Below the pieces are notes generated by a model. That model made no database searches, was not told the DNA's origin, and worked only from the letters and a program-made list of their open reading frames with translations. Position numbers and translations under genes: made by a program. DNA of 48,713 nucleotides from assembly GCA_963663965.2 (NCBI GenBank), contig CAXXFK010000017.1, forward strand, positions 1-48,713, given 5' to 3'. Each line of letters opens with the position of its first letter. Position 1 is the stretch's first letter. This stretch comes from Sedimentisphaerales bacterium (GTDB taxonomy: Bacteria > Planctomycetota > Phycisphaerae > Sedimentisphaerales > SM23-30). Positions 22,469-31,847 of this stretch are shown here, in pieces.

Positions 22469-23905
22469 ATGAAAATTGAGTGCCAGGAAACACATCAAAC
22501 CGACAATTTGGCAATCATTGAACGGATCAACGATGCTATCGCCCACCGGGTAGGCAAACAACGGTTTAAAATTTGGTTTAACAACTCGACAAGATTAAAA
22601 ATCGAAGACCATTACCTTAAAGTTGGTGTGCCCAATTTATTTATTGGAGGCTGGATCGAAAATCATTTTTCGGAACAGATTAAAGACGCTCTAACCGAAG
22701 TCATTGGCGAACCCATGAAAATTATATTTAATATCGATCCTGAATTGTTCGGAGCTCAGCGGCGGAGCCAACTGGATGGCCAGGCACAGTTTGTCGCACG
22801 CAGCACCAATCCTTCGGTCGAACTGCCAATGAAAAAAAACGGCCAGGCCCGTATGCCATTGCGCCTCAAAATCGAACATTTCGTTGTCGGGCCTTCCAAT
22901 CAGCTGGCTTACAGCGCCGCCAACAGTATTATTAATGAACCCGGCCGTCAGTTTAATCCATTATTTATCCACGGATCGTGCGGACTGGGAAAGACACATC
23001 TTTTACAGGGGATCTGCAACGCGATCGGCCAACAAAAACCCCATCTTCGCTACCTGTATGTATCCGGGGAAGAATTTACCAACCAATTTATCCTGAGTCT
23101 GAAAACCGGCAAACTGGATGATTTTCGCCGGCGCTATCGTCAGGTAGATTTACTTGTCATAGACGATGTGCACTTCCTGGCCAGCAAAAAAGCGACTCAG
23201 GAGGAATTTCTCCATACCTTTAATGCCATAGATGCCGCATCTAAACAGGTGGTACTTGCCTCCGATGCTCATCCCAAGATGATTGGCCAGCTTTCGGAAA
23301 GTCTGATCAGCCGTTTTGTGTCAGGCATGGTCGTCAAAATCGATCCTCCGGTATTCGAGACGCGCTGTCAGATCTTGCGTCAGCGTGCGGCACAACTGGA
23401 AAAAACGGTTCCCGCTCCCGTGATAGAATATATCGCCGAAAATGTTCAGGCCAATGTCCGGGAACTGGAGGGCGCGTTACTGAAAATTATCGCTTACGCT
23501 TCATTAAATCACAATCCCATCACGGTATCGATGGCGCGTGAAGCGATTGAAGACCATATCAGCCGGACTGATCCGATTGTGCGGCTTTCCGATATTGAAT
23601 CCGTGGTGACCACCTTTTTTGGGATTACCCCCGCCGACATCCATTCAACCCGCAAAACACGCACTATCAGTCTGGCCAGATCGCTGGCCATGTATATGGC
23701 GCGAAAGCACACAACGATGTCTTTTCCTGAAATTGGCCGGTTTATGGGCGGGAAAAATCACGCGACGGTAATCCTGGCCTGCCGTAAGATCAAACAGATC
23801 ATGGACAATCCGCACAAAAAGGTTATCTGGGATACTGTCGGTGGTCGTCGTGAAATGAACATCGACAATATTATGGAGAAACTGGAGACTTCAATCCATC
23901 GTTAA
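22469..23905 (+). CDS. dnaA: Chromosomal replication initiator DnaA
   Basis: FNPLFIHGSCGLGKTHLL, LLVIDDVHFL, QEEFLHTFN, NVRELEGAL; domain IV SFPEIGRFMGGKNHATV. Confidence 0.96.
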   Translation: MKIECQETHQTDNLAIIERINDAIAHRVGKQRFKIWFNNSTRLKIEDHYLKVGVPNLFIGGWIENHFSEQIKDALTEVIGEPMKIIFNIDPELFGAQRRSQLDGQAQFVARSTNPSVELPMKKNGQARMPLRLKIEHFVVGPSNQLAYSAANSIINEPGRQFNPLFIHGSCGLGKTHLLQGICNAIGQQKPHLRYLYVSGEEFTNQFILSLKTGKLDDFRRRYRQVDLLVIDDVHFLASKKATQEEFLHTFNAIDAASKQVVLASDAHPKMIGQLSESLISRFVSGMVVKIDPPVFETRCQILRQRAAQLEKTVPAPVIEYIAENVQANVRELEGALLKIIAYASLNHNPITVSMAREAIEDHISRTDPIVRLSDIESVVTTFFGITPADIHSTRKTRTISLARSLAMYMARKHTTMSFPEIGRFMGGKNHATVILACRKIKQIMDNPHKKVIWDTVGGRREMNIDNIMEKLETSIHR

Positions 23906-23910
23906 TCATC

Positions 23911-25728
23911 ATGGACACAACCCCTGCTTCAAAACAATCCAGAGCATTTTCCACTCGATGGCATTTTCCTGTCATTAAAACGGCCTATCCCGCCATTATC
24001 CTGGTCGCGTTACTGTACGCGATCTCGTTTCATATTCTTCTGCCGATGATAAAAACCTCCCTGATACGAGGTGAATACAAACTGATCGAGCGTCGGACCA
24101 ACATTTTTTTTAATGAGATTAACAAGGCCTATGAACGGGCCCGGTCAGGAGCCATCTCCGAGCGGGACGCCCAAGAGATGATTAAGGACAATTTCCGCGG
24201 TTTGCGGTATGGCCCCAACGATAGCAATTATGTCTGGATATGCAACAATCACTATGAACTGGTGATGCATCCTATCTATACTGATAAGGAAGGGCAACCG
24301 GTTGATAGTTTGTTTTATTATCCCAAAGACGCCGAAATGTTTCACCAGGCGCTGGATCGGGCTGTAACCCAGAAAAAGGGATTGATTGAATACCTTTGGT
24401 ATCAGAAAACTGAACCAACCCACATGTTAACGAAAAATTCGTATACCATGTATTTTGAGCCCTGGGGTTGGATTATCGGAACCGGATTCATACTGGATGA
24501 TGTCAACGCCGATGTGTCCAATGCACAATCCAAATTGCTCGCCCTGCTTTTATTAGTGTTTATTATTACGGTGGCGTTGTCGGCGTTTCTGATAGCGCGC
24601 GAAAATGTCGCGAATCGCCAACGATGTCAGGCGGAAATAGCCTTAACCGAGAGAGAACGCTACTATCGCCATATTTTTAATTCTGTCAATGAATGCATTT
24701 TTATTCATGATGCCACCAATGGTAGAATTATCGATATCAACAATCGCGTGGAAGATATTTTTGGCGTAACTAAAGAAGAGGCCGGCCAGCTGGAACCTAA
24801 TGAATTGTCCTCCGGACAAAGTCCCTATTCCAACCAGGAAGCTTTTGCCTGGATACGCAAAGCCGTTGAAGAAGGGCCACAACATTTCGAATGGCTATCC
24901 CGTGGAAAAAACGGCAGGTTGTTCTGGACAGAAGTATCATTACGAGCCAGCCGTATCGCCGGACAGAATCGGATTATTGCCATTGTACGCGATATCAGTG
25001 AACGCAAAAAAAACGAAAAGGACCGGGAAGATTTTTTTAATGAAATGAAAAGCACTAATATTCAACTTGAGCAGTTTTTTCATGCCGTTTCCCATGATTT
25101 AAAAGCGCCGTTGGTTACTATTGGGGGTTTTGCCAGTTTACTGGCAGAGGATCTTCGCAGCCAGAAATATGGTCATGCCATCGAAATGGTCGGATCCATC
25201 GCGAAAGCAACGGATAAAATGTCACAACTTCTCAACGGTTTAATGACCTATTCCCGTTGTCACGCCAAAGGGCTTGAACTGGAACCGATCAATATGCAGG
25301 ACGTGGTCCAGGATGCGATTGAATTGAGCATTGGCATTCGCAAAAACCGCAGTCTGATGATTCAAATTGACAATGAACTGCCGAGAGTTCAAGGCAATCG
25401 TATCGGGTTGATTCAGGTCATGCAGAATTTAATTACCAACGCCATCAAATATATCGGTCAGACCCCCTGCCCGGAGATCCATATTGGCAGCGCCACCAAA
25501 GATGATAAACAGGCATTTTATGTCAAGGATAATGGCATTGGGATCCCAAAGGAATATCAGGTTATCATTTTCCGGCCATTTGAACAATTGGATCCGACTA
25601 TGGAGGGTTCAGGCGTCGGACTCTCATTGGTAAAACGGATTATTGAACAACATGGGGGCAGAATCTGGGTTGAATCTCAGGGAACTAATCTGGGTTCAAC
25701 ATTCTGGTTTTCACTTACTGTGATCTAA
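23911..25728 (+). CDS. Membrane sensor histidine kinase (single Cache, PAS, HisKA, HATPase)
   Basis: Two TM helices around a Cache-type domain (LRYGPNDSNYVWI..MHP..FEPWGWIIGTG); SHDLKAPL, NLITNAIKY, DNGIGI, GSGVGL. Confidence 0.92.
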   Translation: MDTTPASKQSRAFSTRWHFPVIKTAYPAIILVALLYAISFHILLPMIKTSLIRGEYKLIERRTNIFFNEINKAYERARSGAISERDAQEMIKDNFRGLRYGPNDSNYVWICNNHYELVMHPIYTDKEGQPVDSLFYYPKDAEMFHQALDRAVTQKKGLIEYLWYQKTEPTHMLTKNSYTMYFEPWGWIIGTGFILDDVNADVSNAQSKLLALLLLVFIITVALSAFLIARENVANRQRCQAEIALTERERYYRHIFNSVNECIFIHDATNGRIIDINNRVEDIFGVTKEEAGQLEPNELSSGQSPYSNQEAFAWIRKAVEEGPQHFEWLSRGKNGRLFWTEVSLRASRIAGQNRIIAIVRDISERKKNEKDREDFFNEMKSTNIQLEQFFHAVSHDLKAPLVTIGGFASLLAEDLRSQKYGHAIEMVGSIAKATDKMSQLLNGLMTYSRCHAKGLELEPINMQDVVQDAIELSIGIRKNRSLMIQIDNELPRVQGNRIGLIQVMQNLITNAIKYIGQTPCPEIHIGSATKDDKQAFYVKDNGIGIPKEYQVIIFRPFEQLDPTMEGSGVGLSLVKRIIEQHGGRIWVESQGTNLGSTFWFSLTVI

Positions 25729-25886
25729 TCACCATCATTCTGGGCCGCCCATTTAATGATTTTTCTTCCATCAAAATATAATTATTCCAGATATTTCGAA
25801 TGATAATCCATTTTCTTCCAACTTAAACCCAGTGGAAACGATCAATTGGTAGGTATCCGTCCGTTTGATGAATTACAAATTGACTA

Positions 25887-25915
25887 TGGACAAACCTTTG
25901 CTGAAAAGGTATGAT
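25887..25915 (+). promoter_or_regulatory. Sigma70-like promoter for the S1 gene
   Basis: TGGACA, 17 bp, TATGAT. Confidence 0.45.
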
Positions 25916-25959
25916 AGTTATTCTTTATTGCCATTAAGACTTTTGCTTGAGAATCTGTT

Positions 25960-27648
25960 ATGAATGAACATGAAATGAATCCCAATGAACTGGCGGCGGC
26001 TGAATCCGCTTTACCTGTCAATAGTGATCCCTCTTCCCCCGTTGATATTCCCCAGGAATCCAAACCGGTGGAATTGGCTCCACCGGATCAAAACCCTCAG
26101 CCATCCCTGATTGATAAGATCAAACAAGAACAGTTTGAACTGGAACAGGAACTCCAGGACGCGTTGGGAGGTGACAGTTTGTTGGATATGTACGGCATGA
26201 CAAATGCCATTGAAACCAACACGAACGCATCGATAGACCCGAACCAGAGTTCACAGATGGTAGCACCGGGGGTTTTAAAGGGAACCGTTGTCAGTGTCGC
26301 CAGTGATGGTTATTTTATCGGCGGTCTGGGTGGTAAATCGGAAGGTTTTCTGCCCAAGGATGATCTTGAGCCAGATGAGATACTCGAAATTGGCCACCCG
26401 GTTAATGTAGTCATTGTACGCTATGATAAACGGGATGGCATATTGATCCTCTCGCGAAATGCCGCCATGAAAGAGATCATGAAACGCAATCTTAAAGAAG
26501 GCGTCATGGTCGAAGTTCGGGTAACCGGAACCAACAAAGGCGGTTTGGAAGTTGAAATCAAAGGCGGCTTAAAAGCGTTTATGCCGGTCTCTCAAATCGA
26601 TATTCTGCGGATCGAAGATACCGATCCTTATGTCAATCAAAAATTTGTTTGCGAAGTTATGCAGGTTGATAAGGGCGATAAAAATATCGTAGTCAGCCGG
26701 CGGCGTGTCCTGGAAAAAGAACAGGCCCAGAAAGGCGAAGAACTGTGGAACGCCCTGGAAAAAGGTCAGATCCGCACCGGTCGCGTTCGCAGCATTATGG
26801 ACTTTGGAGCGTTTGTCGATCTGGGCGGCGCGGATGGTCTGCTGCATGTCAGCGAAATGAGCTGGGCCAGAATTGACAAACCCGGTGATTTATTGCACAT
26901 CGGCCAGGAAGTTGAAGTGGCGATCAAAGAGATTGACAAGGTTAAACAGAGAATTTCTCTGAGTATGAAAATGGCCTCTGCCAATCCATGGACCCTGGCG
27001 CCTCAAAAGTATCCGATTAAATCCAGACATCAGGCCAAAGTGGTTAAATTGATGAATTTTGGCGCTTTTGCCGAGCTGGAACCCGGAATCGAAGGGTTGA
27101 TCCCTGTCAGCGAAATGAGCTGGGCCGGACGAGTCAATCATCCCAAGGATGTGGTCGGCGAAGGCCAGCTGGTTGAAGTTGAGATTCTTAAACTGGATCC
27201 GGAAAAGAAGCAGATCTCCATGAGCATCAAAAGCGTTCAAGGGGATCCCTGGAAAGGAATCGACGAAAAATATTTCAAGGATGGTATCTATACCGGTACC
27301 GTTGCCCGACTGGCGGAATTTGGCGCCTTCATTACCTTGGAGCCGGGCGTGGACGGTCTGGTCCATATCTCTGAAATGTCTGATAAGCATGTTAAGCGCT
27401 CTGGCGACGTCGTTAAAGAAGGCGAATCGGTGCAGGTAAAAGTCTTGGAAATCGATCCTCGCGCTAAACGTATTTCTTTAAGCATGAAAGCGCTTTTGGT
27501 CCCGGAAACGACTGAAACTGCCCCTAAAGAAAATCCCTTCCCAGAGTCTTCCTCCAGCGATGCCACACCGAAACGGAAAAAGAAAAAACTCCGGGGCGGT
27601 CTGAGCATGGGAGGGGGCTTCGAATCGCTTTACGATAAAATTCTCTAG
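25960..27648 (+). CDS. rpsA: Ribosomal protein S1 or S1-repeat paralogue (five S1 domains)
   Basis: Repeated S1 motifs ([67 protein letters not shown]); acidic N-extension; basic C-tail. Confidence 0.8.
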   Translation: MNEHEMNPNELAAAESALPVNSDPSSPVDIPQESKPVELAPPDQNPQPSLIDKIKQEQFELEQELQDALGGDSLLDMYGMTNAIETNTNASIDPNQSSQMVAPGVLKGTVVSVASDGYFIGGLGGKSEGFLPKDDLEPDEILEIGHPVNVVIVRYDKRDGILILSRNAAMKEIMKRNLKEGVMVEVRVTGTNKGGLEVEIKGGLKAFMPVSQIDILRIEDTDPYVNQKFVCEVMQVDKGDKNIVVSRRRVLEKEQAQKGEELWNALEKGQIRTGRVRSIMDFGAFVDLGGADGLLHVSEMSWARIDKPGDLLHIGQEVEVAIKEIDKVKQRISLSMKMASANPWTLAPQKYPIKSRHQAKVVKLMNFGAFAELEPGIEGLIPVSEMSWAGRVNHPKDVVGEGQLVEVEILKLDPEKKQISMSIKSVQGDPWKGIDEKYFKDGIYTGTVARLAEFGAFITLEPGVDGLVHISEMSDKHVKRSGDVVKEGESVQVKVLEIDPRAKRISLSMKALLVPETTETAPKENPFPESSSSDATPKRKKKKLRGGLSMGGGFESLYDKIL

Positions 27649-27665
27649 TTTACCGTTTTTGCAGG

Positions 27666-27694
27666 TTGACAGATCGCCGGCCAAACGATAAACT
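27666..27694 (+). promoter_or_regulatory. Sigma70 promoter of the tRNA gene
   Basis: TTGACA (27666-27671), 17 bp, TAAACT (27689-27694). Confidence 0.75.
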
Positions 27695-27712
27695 AACCAA
27701 CCTTAAAACTGA

Positions 27713-27786
27713 GGGCGATTAGCTCAGTTGGCTAGAGCACCAGCTCGACAAGCTGGGGGTCACTGGTTCAAGTCCAGTATCGCCCA
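27713..27786 (+). tRNA. tRNA-Val(GAC)
   Basis: GGGCGAT/ATCGCCC acceptor stem, D-arm AGCTCAGTTGGCTAGAGC, anticodon arm CCAGC-TCGACAA-GCTGG, T-loop GGTTCAAGTCC, discriminator A; CCA not encoded. Confidence 0.96.
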
Positions 27787-27797
27787 TTCATAAACCT

Positions 27798-27840
27798 AAG
27801 AAAGCCAAGAAGTTACAAAACTCCTTGGCTTTCTTTTTTT
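27798..27840 (+). terminator. Intrinsic terminator after the tRNA (possibly bidirectional)
   Basis: AAGAAAGCCAAG-aAGTT-acaa-AACTc-CTTGGCTTTCTT followed by a T-run. Confidence 0.75.
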
Positions 27841-27888
27841 ATTTTATATGAAAATTATGACAGTTTCGTGTCATAATTGCCTTTTCTA

Positions 27889-28623
27889 TTACCCTTTTTT
27901 CATCGTCTTAAGCATCACCAACTTCCCTTCCTCATCCTTATATTTCCAAAAGGTCCAGCCGTTGGTGGCTTTGCCGCCGCGAATGGCGCTGCCGGCGGCG
28001 GAGGGAGTGTCGTAAAGGGTGTTTTTATAAACGATGCCACCGTTGGCTTTGAGCCAGGCTTTGTAGCCTTGGCCCTGATAGGTGGCGTAGATCATCTTGC
28101 CGCCTGGGAAAAAGCCTTTAAGTGGGCGTTTGGATTCAGATCGGGTATTGGATTTGTTCTTGATCGCTTTAATGGGCCGGGGGTTGGCGATTTTCTTCTT
28201 GGCCGGCTTGCCGTCATCCCAAAGGTCATTGAGGTCTCGTTCCTGACTGAGTTTGACCAGGCGTTTCAGTTCAGGCAGCAGATTGTCGGAGCCGGTGAGC
28301 TTACCTTTCTGGTGGTTGCCTTGCGGAAAAGCGATTCGGAGCAATAACGATTCGAGCTCTTTAATATGATCGCTATGCCGGATAATATACAGACTAAAAT
28401 GGGTCCATTTGCCCTGATGACGATCTTTGAGGTGGTGTTTGATACGGTTCCTCAGATTACTGGCCAGGCCGACATAATAGAGTTTCTGACCACGGTACAG
28501 GGCGTAGATGCCCTGATGGCCTTTGATCATATCGGTGATTTCGCGCTGGTATTTGGTGAAGACATCTGCGTTGATCTTTTCCAGATGGCCTGTCACCAAC
28601 GAATGTATTTTGTTCTTAGCCAT
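27889..28623 (-). CDS. GIY-YIG nuclease fused to a RAMA/DUF4357-like C-terminal domain
   Basis: GIYALY..YYVGLASNLRNRIKHH..ELESLL; C-terminal YDTPSAAGSAIRGGKATNGWTFWK. Confidence 0.8.
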   Translation of the reverse strand: MAKNKIHSLVTGHLEKINADVFTKYQREITDMIKGHQGIYALYRGQKLYYVGLASNLRNRIKHHLKDRHQGKWTHFSLYIIRHSDHIKELESLLLRIAFPQGNHQKGKLTGSDNLLPELKRLVKLSQERDLNDLWDDGKPAKKKIANPRPIKAIKNKSNTRSESKRPLKGFFPGGKMIYATYQGQGYKAWLKANGGIVYKNTLYDTPSAAGSAIRGGKATNGWTFWKYKDEEGKLVMLKTMKKG

Positions 28624-28653
28624 ACGATCCCTTCAAATGTTATCGTGCCTGTT

Positions 28654-30132
28654 TCATCCCTCCAGCTTTCTTACCAATTCCCGAAACCCTTCCAGCCCCG
28701 CCTCAAGGTTCTCCACAATCTCCGCCGCCAGGACATCCGGATCAGGCAGGTTATCCAGATCCGCCAGACTGTCATCCTTCAGCCAGAAGATATCCAGGCT
28801 GGTCTTGTCCCGCGCCATGATCTCATCATACCCAAACTTCCGCCACCGCCCTTCCGGCCGCTTCTCCGACCAGGTAGCCTTGCGTTTATGGCGATTCTCC
28901 GGCTTATAACACGCCACAAACTCGGCCAGATCCTCATATTTCAGCGGATCCTTCTTCAGCGTAAAGTGGATATTCGTCCGGAAGTCATAAATCCACACAT
29001 CCTTCGTCCACGGCTTATCCGCGCCCGGCTTCTTGTCGAAGAAGATCACATTCGCCTTCACACCCTGCCGATAGAATATCCCGGTCGGCAGCCGCAAGAT
29101 CGTATGCAGATCAGTCGTCGCCAGCAGCTTTTTGCGGACCGTCTCGCCCGCGCCCCCCTCAAACAGCACATTATCCGGCACCACCACCGCCGCCTGGCCC
29201 TCAATCTTGAGCATCGTACATATCTGCTGCACAAAATTAAGCTGCTTATTACTCGTCGTCGCCCAGAAATCCTGCCGGTTATAGGTCAGATCCTCCTTCT
29301 CCTGCTCACCTTCGGCGTTGGTAATGGTCATACTGCTCTTTTTGCCAAACGGCGGATTGGTCAGCACATAATCATAACGCCGCCCACTATCCGCGATCAG
29401 CGAATCATCCGGCGCAATCAGCGACTGCCCGTCCAGCTCACCGATATTATGCAGATACAGGTTCATCAGCGCCAGCCGCCGCGTATCCGGCACAATCTCA
29501 TTGCCCGAAAAAGTTCCCACCTTCAAAAACTCCTTCTCTTTCTTATTGAGCTTGTGCTGCCCCACCAGATAGTCATAACACGCCAGAAAGAACCCGCCCG
29601 TCCCACACGCCGGATCGGCAATCGTCTTCATCGGCTCCGGCCGCACACACGCCACCATCGCCCGGATCAGCGCCCGCGGCGTAAAATACTGACCCGCGCC
29701 GCTCTTGACATCCTCCGCGTTCTTCTCCAGCAGCCCCTCATAAATATCTCCCTTCACATCGCTGCCCATTACCACCCAGTTCTCCCCGTCGATCATCTGG
29801 ATCAGCTTATACAGCTTGGCCGGGTCCTGGATCTTGTTCTGGCTCTTGGTAAAGATCTGCCCCAGCATCCCCTTGCTCTTGCCCAGCTCCAGCAGCGTCT
29901 CGATATAATGCACTTCCAGCTCCGCCCCCCGCTTCCCGCGCAGCGCCGCCCAGTTATACTTTTTCGGAATCCCCATATCCCGGCCATACGGCGGCTTCCC
30001 ATACTCATCTGCCATCTTCAAAAACAGCAGATAAGTCAACTGCTCCAGATAATCGCCATACCCCACCCCATCATCACGGAGCATATTACAGTAATTCCAT
30101 ACCTTCGATACAATTGCGGCTGTCGGTGTCAT
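28654..30132 (-). CDS. hsdM: Type I R-M N6-adenine methyltransferase subunit M
   Basis: YLEQLTYLLFLKM, GAGQYFTPR, DPACGTGGF, NPPF, VVVPDNVLFEGG. Confidence 0.97.
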   Translation of the reverse strand: MTPTAAIVSKVWNYCNMLRDDGVGYGDYLEQLTYLLFLKMADEYGKPPYGRDMGIPKKYNWAALRGKRGAELEVHYIETLLELGKSKGMLGQIFTKSQNKIQDPAKLYKLIQMIDGENWVVMGSDVKGDIYEGLLEKNAEDVKSGAGQYFTPRALIRAMVACVRPEPMKTIADPACGTGGFFLACYDYLVGQHKLNKKEKEFLKVGTFSGNEIVPDTRRLALMNLYLHNIGELDGQSLIAPDDSLIADSGRRYDYVLTNPPFGKKSSMTITNAEGEQEKEDLTYNRQDFWATTSNKQLNFVQQICTMLKIEGQAAVVVPDNVLFEGGAGETVRKKLLATTDLHTILRLPTGIFYRQGVKANVIFFDKKPGADKPWTKDVWIYDFRTNIHFTLKKDPLKYEDLAEFVACYKPENRHKRKATWSEKRPEGRWRKFGYDEIMARDKTSLDIFWLKDDSLADLDNLPDPDVLAAEIVENLEAGLEGFRELVRKLEG

Positions 30133-30144
30133 AATAATCCTTTA

Positions 30145-30242
30145 GGTAGGTAAAGCTTCCAGCTTGACAATGTTTCTTTCTTCGCGTTGGCCAAGCTACC
30201 AACTTGACAGTTTTTAAATATCAACCAGGCTGGTTGACCTGC
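30145..30242. repeat. REP cluster 1 (three REP units), downstream of RAYT and upstream of hsdM
   Basis: GTAG-GTAAAGC-TTCCA-GCTTGAC; degenerate GCCAAGC-TACCA-ACTTGAC; inverted unit rc GCAG-GTCAACC-AGCCT-GGTTGAT. Confidence 0.85.
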
Positions 30243-30243
30243 T

Positions 30244-30873
30244 TCATTCCACCTCAATCATCGCCTGACTGAGCATAGCCCTTTCACCGGCTTTTCGCTT
30301 GTTACTTATAATATATTTTCGGTATTTTTCCAGATATAACTGGCCCCTGACTATATGGTCAAACGACTCATGCTGCCATACCGTCCCGCATTGCCCCGAT
30401 AATTCGTTGATCTGGTTGGCCGTATAGGATTTCCAGCTATGCAGAATCCGCTCTAACTCAAAACCTGCCAGTAGCAACATCAGCACATGCACATGATTGG
30501 GCATAATCACCCAATGATCCAGAATATACCTCTGACCCTCAAAATACTCCAACGCCTGCTTCACAATATTCTGACAGTCGCTTTCTCTCAATAGACACTG
30601 CCCATACCCATCATCCAGATATTCTTCCAGTCGGCCATAGAACAGGTTCCGATACTGCTTCTCCTGCTCTTTGGTATATGGAGGGCTGAACAGCAACTTA
30701 AATTTCACCTGCTCCTGACGCAATTTCTCCATCTGCTTTTGCGGGATCGAATCAGCCAGACGGAATGTTATAAAATACACCTTGCCCTGCTGTTCCCAAT
30801 GCGGCAAATGCCGTCGGGTTATATGCGTTCTGTCATCTGGATTGTAAAATATATCACTCATAACAGCCCTCAT
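30244..30873 (-). CDS. REP-associated tyrosine transposase (RAYT, Y1 HUH family)
   Basis: RRHLPHW, YFITFRL, WVIMPNHVH (HUH), WKSYTA, VWQHESFDHIVR..YI..N; REPs on both sides. Confidence 0.9.
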   Translation of the reverse strand: MRAVMSDIFYNPDDRTHITRRHLPHWEQQGKVYFITFRLADSIPQKQMEKLRQEQVKFKLLFSPPYTKEQEKQYRNLFYGRLEEYLDDGYGQCLLRESDCQNIVKQALEYFEGQRYILDHWVIMPNHVHVLMLLLAGFELERILHSWKSYTANQINELSGQCGTVWQHESFDHIVRGQLYLEKYRKYIISNKRKAGERAMLSQAMIEVE

Positions 30874-30932
30874 GGCAGGTCAAGCTTCCTGCTTGACTGT
30901 AAAACAATGTCAACCAGGATGGTTGACCTACC
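30874..30932. repeat. REP doublet (REPIN) 2, upstream of RAYT
   Basis: GCAG-GTCAAGC-TTCCT-GCTTGAC, spacer, then inverted unit rc GTAG-GTCAACC-ATCCT-GGTTGAC. Confidence 0.9.
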
Positions 30933-30935
30933 TTG

Positions 30936-30996
30936 TCACGGAGCATATGACAGTAATTCCATACTTTCGATACGATTGCGGCTGTCGGTGTCATAA
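30936..30996 (-). pseudogene. Remnant copy of the hsdM 5' end (MTPTAAIVSKVWNYCHMLRD)
   Basis: 58/61 nt identical to 30074-30134; ends at REPIN 2. Confidence 0.9.
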
Positions 30997-31083
30997 CTTC
31001 TTTCTATTTAAATAGTTGTATCACATACGCTTTTTGCGTTATTTTTTCCTTACCTTTTGACGATATCTAATATATAATTCATT

Positions 31084-31177
31084 AAGCGGATAAGGCCTGT
31101 ATTGTGCCTGGAGTGCTCCCTTCCATCGGCTGGCTATGAGCTCTGGGATTTGTGGCAATATAGGGTCCGCTTTTTTT
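31084..31177 (+). ncRNA. Candidate structured small RNA convergent with the DUF3800 gene
   Basis: Nested stems AAGCGGA/TCCGCTT, CCTGTATTG/CAATATAGG, CCTGGA/TCTGGG and GCTC/GAGC, then a T7 tract. TATAAT at 31073-31078, with TTACCT 17 bp upstream. Confidence 0.65.
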
Positions 31178-31184
31178 ATTGGTT

Positions 31185-31835
31185 TCATTTCAGATATTCT
31201 ATCTCAACACACAGTTTATGGGCATATTTCTCATACCATTCACAATCGTGATGGTTATACTTCCGCGCCACCCCCCAACAGAACAGATCGACTGCCTGTA
31301 AACATAAGCTTTCATGGCTGGTTTGATGGTCAATAAAAAAACCGGTGTTTAACGGCAACCGGGATTCGATGTGACTTCTGAGATAATGATTAAATTCTTG
31401 GATATCTTCCCTGTTCTTACTGCGGTCAACCACCAGCTTGACATTCACCTCGGCCTGTTCTAAAGGCAATTTATCCAGTACCAACCGTGCCAGATAATTG
31501 TACAGGCGCGGCTTGGCCTCTTTCTGCCGCAAATCCGGATTGACTCGGGTTTTATTCAATACGATGGTATATAAATCCCATTGCTCATCGGATATCTGCT
31601 TCAGAAAATAGTCCTTATAATTCAATTCAATTCCAGTTCCTTTAAGCTCTTCAATTCTGCGAGACTTACTCTTGGGCTTGTTCAGTTTCTTCAGGGTTCT
31701 TCTAACAGCCACCTCAATCGCCTTACGGGCAGACGCATTTCGACAGCACAGCAAGGTCACCACAAATTTTCCAGTGGTTTTCGCTTTACTGAAATCAAAA
31801 CCTAAATCCCCAGATTCGTCTAAATAGATATACAA
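31185..31835 (-). CDS. DUF3800 family protein
   Basis: N-terminal YIYLDESGDLG and C-terminal S....LQAVDLFCW signatures; TTG start. Confidence 0.85.
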   Translation of the reverse strand: MYIYLDESGDLGFDFSKAKTTGKFVVTLLCCRNASARKAIEVAVRRTLKKLNKPKSKSRRIEELKGTGIELNYKDYFLKQISDEQWDLYTIVLNKTRVNPDLRQKEAKPRLYNYLARLVLDKLPLEQAEVNVKLVVDRSKNREDIQEFNHYLRSHIESRLPLNTGFFIDHQTSHESLCLQAVDLFCWGVARKYNHHDCEWYEKYAHKLCVEIEYLK

Positions 31836-31847
31836 TAAAATTGCCCT

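Noticed and set aside
27853..27878. Palindrome AATTATGACA-N6-TGTCATAATT and recurrence of TTATGACAC near 30130, 30990, 48183 and 48544 as an element-wide operator
   Set aside because: Three occurrences are simply ttATG-ACA-C start contexts (Met-Thr-Pro). The palindrome is adequately explained as a terminator-like hairpin for the minus-strand operon.
28366..30153. 595-aa plus-strand ORF
   Set aside because: Antisense shadow of hsdM, likely caused by its codon bias; Arg/His/Leu-rich with no motifs.
30739..30996. 85-aa plus-strand ORF
   Set aside because: Runs antisense across the RAYT start, REPIN 2 and the hsdM remnant; no independent coding evidence.
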